This document shows positions 53,527-61,678 of a DNA stretch of 64,000 bases, one piece after another (the stretch's first letter is position 1; the number at the start of each line of letters is the position of its first letter). Origin of the DNA: an uncultured Acidobacteriota bacterium (GTDB lineage Bacteria; Acidobacteriota; Vicinamibacteria; Vicinamibacterales; SCN-69-37); contig CAVTYZ010000012.1 of assembly GCA_963739035.1 (NCBI GenBank), positions 161,852 through 225,851 on the forward strand, read 5' to 3'. The notes below the pieces were generated by a model that worked only from the letters and a program-made list of their open reading frames with translations, did not search any database and was not told the origin of the DNA. Made by a program: the position numbers and the translations under genes.

Positions 53527-53573
53527 GGGGGCTTGGGGCTTGAGCCTGGGCTCGGGGATCGGGCACTGGATCG
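53527..53573. repeat. G-run-rich, roughly heptamer-periodic tract immediately after the PQQ dehydrogenase stop
   Basis: Read directly: GGGGGCTT GGGGCTT GAGCCTG GGCTCGG GGATCGG GCACTGG. It contains five or more runs of G3 or longer within 37 nt. Confidence 0.5.
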
Positions 53574-53614
53574 CCGCGAAAGAGTGATACACATGCCGCA
53601 CTCGCGATCAGTCT

Positions 53615-54510
53615 ATGACGACGTCGTTTGCTATTCGCTCGTGCGTTTGTCGCCGGGGCGGCCGTTCACGCACAGGAACGCTTCTCGTTCTTTCAGGCGA
53701 GCACGCCTGAAAGCGTCGAACGCCTGCTCACGCTCGCTGCAATTGCGCGACGACGACGTCGTGGTGGATTTGGGTTCAGGGAACGGACTGATCCCACTCA
53801 CCGCCGCGCGCATGAACCCGAAGCTGCGCGGTTGGGGCGTGGACATCGATTCGAAGCTGGTGGCGGCAGTCGAATCAGGCCGCCAGGGAGGCCGGCGTTC
53901 GCGAATCGCGTCCAATTCTTTCACCGGAACGCCTTCGACGCGGACCTCAGCGACGCCACGGTCGTCACCATGTGGCTGTTCCCGGAGCTCATGCAATTGC
54001 TTCGACCCGTCATCCTCGAACGCGCGAGGCCCGGCACACGGGTCCTGACGAGCACCTGGACTCTGGGTGACTGGAAGCCCGATGAGACCAATGAGGATGG
54101 CGGGCCATCGGTCTACATGTGGATCGTCCCCGCGCGCGTGTCCGGCGCCTGGCAGTGGGACCTCGACGTCGCGGGACGACAGTTCCGCTACTCGGCGGTC
54201 AACGAGCAACAGTTCCAGATGGTCGAAGGTGTCGTGCGCGTCGGCGATCGCCGCGAGGTCTTCAAGGACCTGACGCTTCGCGGCCGAGACCTGTCACTTC
54301 ACCCTCGAGATCACGCTCGATGGCCTGGGGCTCACGGAACACGAGTTCAGCGGCAAGGTCCAGGGCGACGAAATTCAGGGCACGGCGAGAGTGACGCCGG
54401 CAGGTCAAGCGACGATGACGTTACCCTGGCTCTCGCGACGCACCGAGAGGTCGCTTTACTTCGCGCATACCGGCCTCGAGATGTTCCAGGAACCGGCCCC
54501 AACCCGCTGA
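53615..54510 (+). CDS. Class I SAM-dependent methyltransferase with an N-terminal signal/anchor-like segment and an extra C-terminal domain; frame-broken
   Basis: Signal/anchor-like LLFARAFVAGAAVHAQE (ORF 53628..54788). Motif I VVVDLGSGNGLIPLTAA (ORF 53299..54048). Then VQFFHRNAFDADLSDATVVTMWLFPELMQLLRPVILERARPGTRVLTS. The C-terminal part ends at the TGA at 54508-10. The start (ATG 53615 or TTG 53628) is uncertain. Confidence 0.65.
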
Positions 54511-54619
54511 CTTTCCGTCCTGCGCTGATGTCGTCCATCGACGGGTTGCGTATTTTTTCCTTGCGATCACCGGCGTCGCAAAGCGCGATCATTTTCAAAC
54601 TCCAGTGCGAATCGAGCGG

Positions 54620-55503
54620 CTACTGTTTGGTGTCGAGCGGGCGCCTGGCCGCCTCGAAGAACTCGGTCTGCAGGCGAAGACTCGTATCGTCCGCCTTGAT
54701 CGCACGCAACGCCCGCGCGAGCGCGTCCGCGCGCGCCTTCATCGACGCCGCGCCGCGTGCGGCATTCGCGCCGGCGGCATCGCCCTGATAGTGATTCGGG
54801 TAGCTCGAGTACCCAGAAGATCGGGGTGAACACGCCGACCGGCAGATCCTGCCGCTTGAGGTCGGCGCCCGACTGCTGGCCCGCGCGTTCCGGATGCACA
54901 AGGTCGGGACGGGACGCCATCACGTTCGAGAGCTCGAGCTCCCCGGCGTGGCCGTCAACGCCGGGTTTGGACGGACCGGGAATCTCCGGAGCAGTCCGCC
55001 CCTGGCCTTCAGGAGTGATGACGTACACGATCCAGTTCTTCGGGGTGTCGAGGGTCGTCTGCGCGAAGTACTGCAGAAAAGCTCGTGTTCCCACCGTGAC
55101 CGGAGACGATCACGATCTTCGTGCAACCGTTTCGAGCCATCTCTGCCGTCGTCTCCTGCAGGAGCTCGAACTGCAGACGCGTGCTGTAAGCCACGGTGCC
55201 CGGCTGGTGCTTCGCTTCGAAGATCTGGCCCGCGTAGTACTCAGGAAACACGAGCGCGTATTCCTGCTTGACGGCCTCGAGCGACGCGAACCGCGCGTTG
55301 ATGAGGTCGGTGGCGAGGGGCCCGGACGGTCCGTGTTTTTCGATGATGCCGATTGGCAGCACGCAGACGCTCTGTGCACGCTGCATGGCCCTGGCGAAGT
55401 CCGGCCCGGTGAGCTCGGACCAGTTCGCGGAGTACGACGGGGTTTGCGCCCACGCCGTGCTGGCGGCGAGCAGGCCGAAAACGACGAGGGCAACGCGTTT
55501 CAT
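54620..55503 (-). CDS. Creatininase-family amidohydrolase with a signal peptide; two frame breaks
   Basis: AGGAG lies upstream of the ATG at 55503. MKRVALVVFGLLAASTAWAQ, then VCVLPIGIIEKHGPSGPLATDL...IVIVSGHGGN (ORF 55009..55503). It continues in ORFs 54567..55094 and 54620..54901. Confidence 0.75.
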
Positions 55504-55702
55504 GGCAAGTCTCCTGGGCCGGCCATCGCCGGCACCGGTTCGAACTGTCCGAGGGCCTGACGCCGACCAATCTTATCGGCAATGCCGTCGCGACGATCCC
55601 GGTCGCGAAGTGGGCGGACGTGCTCGACGAGCGGACCCGGGCCTGATTAATCGACGGCCGTGAAAAAACTGTGGCAACCAGAACTCGAGCGATGATCCGG
55701 CG

Positions 55703-55717
55703 TAAATTGGTCACATG
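55703..55717 (+). promoter_or_regulatory. -10-like TAAATT 6 nt upstream of ATG 55715 (possible leaderless start of the peroxidase gene)
   Basis: Read directly: ggcgTAAATTggtcacATG. No SD-like sequence is present. Confidence 0.3.
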
Positions 55718-56886
55718 AAGGCAATCGTTCTCGTCGTGGCTGCCCTTCTCGTCGCGATGACGACGCCGAAGACCACGGCGCAGAGCCGCCTTCGCGCCCT
55801 CCCCGTCGCGGCTCCCATCCCGGTCAATGAGTCGTCAACATCAGAACGTGTGGCGTTGGGACGCCTGTTGTTCTGGGACCCCATCCTCTCAGGGCAGAAA
55901 GACGTTGCGTGCGCGACGTGCCACCATCCCGCGTTCGGATACTCGGACGGTCTCGACGTCGTCGATCGGGGTGAACGGCGCCGGGCTCGGCCCGGCACGA
56001 GCGTTCGTTCCCGATCGCCCGGAACGGCTCGTGAAGCGCAACAGCCAGACCATCGTGAACGTCGTGTTCAACGGACTCACCGAAAGTCATGATGGCCAGG
56101 CGGCGGCCGCGCCGATGTTCTGGGACCTCAGGGTGCGAAGCCTCGAAGCGCAGGCGCTCGAGCCGATCAAAGCGCTGGAGGAGATGCGCGGTGGGGCCTA
56201 CGCCGAAGACCGCGCGCTACCGTCGGTCGTGGCGCGGCTCAACGCGATTCCCGAGTACCGCCGGCTGTTCGCTGGCGCGTTCGCCGGGGCGAGTCCTGTG
56301 AGCGAGGGCAACCTCGGGCAGGCGCTCGCCGCCTTTCAGCGGACGATCGTCGCGACGAACACGCCGTTCGACCGATACATGCGGGGCGACACGGCGGCGA
56401 TGAGTCCCGACCAGATTCGCGGGATGGAGCGGTTCCAGACGACCGGGTGCATCAACTGTCACAGCGGCCCGATGTTTTCCGACTACCAGGCTCACGTGCT
56501 CGCGGTGCCGGACAACCCGAAGCTTCCTGAGTCGGATTCAGGCGTGAGCAAGACGTACGGTTTTCGCACGCCGTCACTGCGCAACCTGAGCGCGACCGCG
56601 CCATACATGCACAACGGCGTTTTCGCGTCCCTGAACGACGTCGTCAACTTCTACGAGCGAATCAGCGGCGGGGGTGGGCGTGCGCGGCGGCAGAGGCGCA
56701 CGCGGCATCAACCCGCAAGTGAGCCGCGATCAGATCGACCCGCTGGCACGTCAACTGAACATGCGAGGGCGCGGACAGCGCGACATCATCGCGTTCCTTG
56801 CCGCGCTGAATGACCCGAACTTCGACAAGACGATTCCGGAGCGGGTGCCGAGTGGGTTGACTGTAGGCGGACGGCTCCAGCAGTAG
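55715..56886 (+). CDS. Di-haem cytochrome c peroxidase (CCP/MauG family); two frame breaks
   Basis: Signal peptide [23 protein letters not shown]. First haem motif CATCH with LFWDPILSG (ORF 55715..56092). Second haem motif [24 protein letters not shown] (ORF 55827..56813). End in ORF 56674..56886. Confidence 0.85.
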
Positions 56887-56887
56887 A

Positions 56888-56926
56888 GAGACCGGGTTTC
56901 CTGGAGGACCCAGGAAACCCGGTCTC
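56888..56926. terminator. Perfect 17-bp stem / 5-nt loop hairpin between the convergent peroxidase and DUF1080-FG-GAP genes
   Basis: gagaccgggtttcctgg (56888-904) aggac ccaggaaacccggtctc (56910-26). It starts 2 nt after the peroxidase stop and ends 8 nt before the opposing stop. No strong U-tract on either side. Confidence 0.75.
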
Positions 56927-56933
56927 CACTTCC

Positions 56934-58950
56934 CTATTTCGCCGCGGGCGCGGCCGCGGCGGGCTTGCTGAGGAACACGTGCGTGCCGTAGGCGCCGGCC
57001 ACGGCAATGTCGGGACGGCCGTCCTTGTTCAGATCGGCCACCTCGAACGCCGAGCCCACGCCGGACCGGTTGTGCACCAGCTCCGGCACGAATTCAGCCC
57101 CGCCTGGCGCCTTGGGATTGCGCACCGTTCGATAGATGTACACGACGGCCGGGCCGTACGGATCCGGACCGTTGTAGTTCTCGAGGTGCGACCAGTACCG
57201 CTTGCCAACGATGAAATCAGGAATCTTGTCGCCGTTCATGTCGGCAAATCGCGACGCATGCGGCTCCGAGAACACGATGTCGCCGGCGTTCTTCGTCGAG
57301 AAGTCCTCCGCGATCTCGTGCTTCTCCCACGTGACGCTGCCGTCGGCGGCCTTCTTCTGCTGGAACCAGGCGAGTCCGAAGTCGTGCGCGGCGAGGCTCG
57401 TGACGACGTCCGTGAGCTTGTCGCCGTTGACGTCATACGCGCCGATCTCGCCGCCGCCGTTACCGAACTCGGCCGGATGAAGCGTCCACGCCTGATCCAT
57501 GCTCCCCTTCGGCGGCTGCTCGTACCAGCCGGTCGGCACGACGATGTCCTGACGGCCGTCGCTGTTGACGTCGCCAACGCCGATGCCGTGGCCCACCACG
57601 CGTTCACCAGGCTTGGAGACGTTGTGCGAGGTCCAGACCGCCATCGGGTTCACCGGATCGGGGCGCGCCCAGGAATAGGCGCCACCGCCGCCGAAGATGA
57701 TTTCGGGTTTGCCGTCGTCGTCGAGATCACGCATCAGGACGAGCTCGGTCGAGATCACCGGCAGCACGCGGAAATGATCCCAGCGGCGTGATTGCCCCTT
57801 CGGGTTGACGTACAGATCCATGGGCCGGCCGCCGACCATGTCCGACGCCATGATGTCCGGCCACCCGTCGCCCGTGAAGTCCGCGGTGAAGTTCACCATG
57901 TCGGGGGCGTACTCGGTGCCCGCGTTGTAGACGCGGCTCGTGCGATAGATCCGGCGCTCGGCGAACGAGGGGCCGAGGTAGTAGAACGGCCCCGAGACGA
58001 CGTCCATGGCGCCGTCGTGATTGATGTCGGACGCGGCGGCCGACCAGCCGTAGTAGAAGTCGCTGAGGCGAAGGGCCGTGAACCGGCTCGAGAGCTGCTC
58101 GCGCGCCTGCGTCAGCGGAATCAGATCTTTCCACGCGACGTCCTTGTACCGCACCTCGCCCGTGCCGCCGATGTACAGCGCGACCGTCCCGTAGTTCGGG
58201 GCGCCCGGCCCGCCGATTGATCCGCCTCCGCCCATGGTGGCGCGAATGGTGTCGTCCGAGACCAGGATGTCGAGCGCGTTCCACTCACCGGGCTTCAGCG
58301 CGGTAATGGCTGCCGCGCCACGGCCGCGGCCACCACCGCCGCCCCCGCCACCACCGCCGCCGGCTGCCGGCGCGGCACCGCCCGCTCCACCGCCGCCCCC
58401 GGGACGGCCACCGCCTGTGAGCCGCAGCGGGCGCGCCGCCTGCCGGGGCCGGAGCCGCAGCTGCACCAGCTCCCGGAGCGCCACCACGTCCACCGGCGCC
58501 ACCGCCACGCGCCGCCGCGACCACGCGGTCGCGGCTCGTCTCGACGCCCTGCGCGTCAATCGTGACCCGGTAAGTCGCGAAGTCCCCGTCGGTCAGCGAC
58601 ACGTACAGGCCCTTCATGCCGCCGTCCGCCGTCTTCTCGGCGCGAAGCAGCACACCGGTCTTGCACGTGCCCTCGCAGCGGAGATTCGCGTAGAACATCA
58701 GGTCCTGGAACTCCTTGTCCATGACCAGCCAGCCGCCGCTGCCGCCTGGGGCCGCGCGGCCGATGATCTCGCCGTTCTCGGCTCGCCACTGCGCCTGGCC
58801 GACCGTGCGCCAGCCGGTGAGAGCCGACCCTTTGAATGTGCCATCCGGCTTGAACTCGGGCGGGTCGGCCGCCCGAAGGCCGAGCACCAGGGCCGCGACG
58901 GCGACGGCCGTCATGCCAAGCCGCTTCGCGAGCATGCTGTGACGTGTCAT
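56934..58950 (-). CDS. Exported DUF1080 (3-keto-disaccharide-hydrolase-like) + FG-GAP/VCBS repeat protein joined by a Gly/Ala-rich linker; frame break inside the linker
   Basis: AGGAG lies upstream of the ATG at 58950. Signal LAKRLGMTAVAVAALVLGLRA. DUF1080-like segment WRAENGEIIGRAAPGGSGGWLVMDKEFQDLMFYANLRCE...GVLLRAEK (tail of ORF 58285..59940). Poly-G/A linker follows. The intact ORF 56934..58559 carries FG-GAP-type repeats (DINHDGAMDVVSG, DFTGDGWPDIMA, DLDDDGKPEIIFG, DVNSDGRQDIVV, DVNGDKLTDVV, DMNGDKIPDFIVG, DLNKDGRPDIAVA). Confidence 0.75.
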
Positions 58951-59127
58951 CTCTGCACTCCTGAATTCTGCGGGTGCCCGTCCCGTGGTTGATCGGACAG
59001 ACGATCTCGCCTGGCCATGACTACGGCTGCTGGACGCGACGAGCTTACACGATGAGAAGCGGCCCCGGGCGAGCGATTCCATCGCCGAAACCTTGCGCGG
59101 CCAGCGGCCTGGGCGCATGCTGTCCCC

Positions 59128-61613
59128 ATGCGCCAGGACATCGTCTACGCGTGGCGGCTGCTGCTGAAGAACCCGGGATTCTCCCTGGCGGTCGTCCTCT
59201 CGCTCGCGTTGGGCATCGGCGCGAATACCGCGATCTTCAGCCTGATCGATGCCGTGATGTGGCGCACGCTGCCGGTGAGCGACGCGGCAAGCCTCCGGGT
59301 CATCGATCCAAACCTGACCTATCAACAGTACCGGCGGCTGACTGACGAAACCCAGGTGGCGGATCTGGCGGCCTACTCGACCGTGCGCCTGAACGTCAGC
59401 GTGAACGGCAGCGTCGAGCCGACGACCGATGGACAGCTCGTCACTGGCGGGTACTTCTCGTTGCTCGGTGTGCGTCCGAGCATCGGCCGGGCCATCGGCC
59501 CCGAAGACGACCGCGTTCCAAACGGCCATCCGGTGGCGATGATCAGCGACGTTTACTGGAGACGCCGGTTCGGAGGCAGTCCGTCGGTCCTCGGTCAGGC
59601 GATTTCGATCTCGGGCGCACCGTTCACCATCATCGGGGTCACGCCGCCGGAATTCTTCGGCGTGGAAGTCGGCATGAATCCTGACGTGTTCATTCCCGTC
59701 ATGATGCAGCCCACGGCGATGCCGGCATTCGAGAACCTGCTCGACAATCCGATCATCTTCCGCACCTGGCTCACTTCGCTCGCGCGGGTCAAGCCGGGTG
59801 TGCAGGAGGCCGCGGCTGTCGGGGCGCTCGCAACCGTGTGGCGTGAGACGCTGCCCGGTGGCGGGCCGCCCATCGAAGATCCGTTTGCGCTGAATCCGGC
59901 GGCGACGGGCCTCTCGAGCTTGCGGCGGCAGTTCTCGCAAGCGTTGTTTGTCCTGATGGCGGTCGTGGGCGTCGTGCTGCTGATTGCCTGCGCGAACACC
60001 GCGAACCTTCTACTCGCGCGTGCGGCCGCGCGACGGCCGGAGTTCGCCATGCGGCTGGCCCTCGGCGCAAGTCGCTGGAGACTCACACGCCAACTGCTCG
60101 CCGAGAGTGTGCTGCTCGCCGGACTGGGAGGGCTGGCCGGAATCCTGCTCGCGCGCTGGGCCACGAACCTGCTGGTCGTCTTCATGTCATCAGGCCGGTC
60201 ACCGATCAGCCTCGACCTGAATCCAAATCTCCGCATCCTCACGTTCACGGCACTCGTCTCGGTCGCGACCGGCATTGCTGTTCGGACTCGCGCCCGCACT
60301 CGGCGCCACGAGACTTGATCTCTGGACCACGCTGAAGAATCTCGGCAAGCTTCTCGGCGGAGGACGCGGTGTGCTGCGCCCGGGCAAGGTACTGGCGGTC
60401 GTGCAGGTGGCGCTCTCGCTCCTGCTGCTGATCTCGTCCGGCCTCTTCGTGCGCAGCCTGCAGGCTCTCACTGGTGACAGCTTCGGGGTGTCGAGAGAAC
60501 ACGTGCTCGTCGTGCGCGTCGAGCCCAAGGGCAGCGATCAGCGCAACGTCCCTGGGACGACGGCACGCTTGGACCGCATCTATCGCGAACTCGTCGAGAA
60601 GGTTCGAGCCATTCCAGGCGTTCGCATGGCGAGCATCGGCCAGAGCACGCCGACCAGTCCACTCGCGAGCGCGGGAGCAGAACTGACGCTGCCTTCGGGC
60701 GAGACTCTCCGGGTGCCCATGGCGATGCTGTACGCGAATTACTTCGCCACGATGGGCATCCCGATCGCGATTGGCCGTGAATTCGAAGAAGGCGACCTCG
60801 CGGAAAATGCGCCGTCCGTATGCGTGGTGAACGAAGCCTTCGTCCGTCGCGTGTTCCCCGGCGAGAACCCGATTGGCAAGACCTGCTTCAGCGGGCGCCG
60901 TCCGAACCCGAACGACACCACGGGCCCCGAGGTACGCGGCCAACGCCGGTCCCCAGGACTATCGCATCGTCGGCGTCGTGAAGGATTCGCGCTACAGCAA
61001 TCCTCGCGGTGAGGCCCAGCCGGTCATCTACACAACGTTTCTGCAGACAGGCACCGGCCGCGGCCAGATGGTCCTGCATGTGAGAGTCGCGGGGAACGCC
61101 GGGACCATTCTGCCAAGGATCCGCGATGAGGTTCTTCGCGTCGATCCCTCGTTGCCGGCCTTCGACGTGCACACGCTCGCGGAGGAGATGGACGCCGCGC
61201 TTGTTCAGGAACGCCTGATCGCCGTGCTCTCGAGCCTGTTTGGCGGTCTGGCGCTTCTGCTCGCGAGCATCGGCCTCTACGGCCTGCTGACGTTTCGCGT
61301 GGTCCAACGCACGAACGAGCTGGGCATTCGTGTGGCGCTTGGTGCCGGCCGGGCACGTCTCGTCTGGATGGTCGTGAAAGAGGCCATGCTGCTGGTGTTT
61401 GCGGGCGTTGCGATCGGCGTACCCGCGGCCATTGGGATCGCACGGATCGCAGGAAACCAAATCTCAGGCCTGCTCTTCGGCCTGAGGCCGAACGATCCGG
61501 TCACGATTGCGGCGGCGGCGATTATCCTCGTGCTGGTGGCGTCGATTGCGGCCTACCTGCCGGCACAGCGGGCCTCGCGCGTGGATCCGCTCGTCGCGCT
61601 GAGAAACGAGTAG
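59128..61613 (+). CDS. ADOP-family (duplicated orphan) MacB/FtsX-like permease; two frame breaks
   Basis: [50 protein letters not shown] (ORF 59128..60318). Middle segment in ORF 60275..61012. Second FtsX half ends [25 protein letters not shown]...[19 protein letters not shown] (ORF 60873..61613). Confidence 0.8.
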
Positions 61614-61678
61614 CGGGCGCTGCGACTACGCCGGCCTCTGCGTTTCTTGTGGGGGAGGGTTCATGCCCAGACTTCGGA

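Noticed and set aside
55530-55550. tRNA-like T-loop sequence GGTTCGAAC in the creatininase/peroxidase intergenic region, and GGGGTTCGAGGCC at about 38093.
   Set aside because: The flanking bases do not form a T-stem, and no acceptor or anticodon arms can be drawn. I found no tRNA or other canonical RNA gene anywhere in the window.
51440-56760. Sigma-54 promoters (TGGCAC-N5-TTGC), prompted by the presence of rpoN and the NtrY-like kinase.
   Set aside because: TGGCAC words occur at about 51443, 56744 and 11125, and TGGCAA at 55671. None is followed by TTGC at the required spacing, and none is suitably placed upstream of a gene start.
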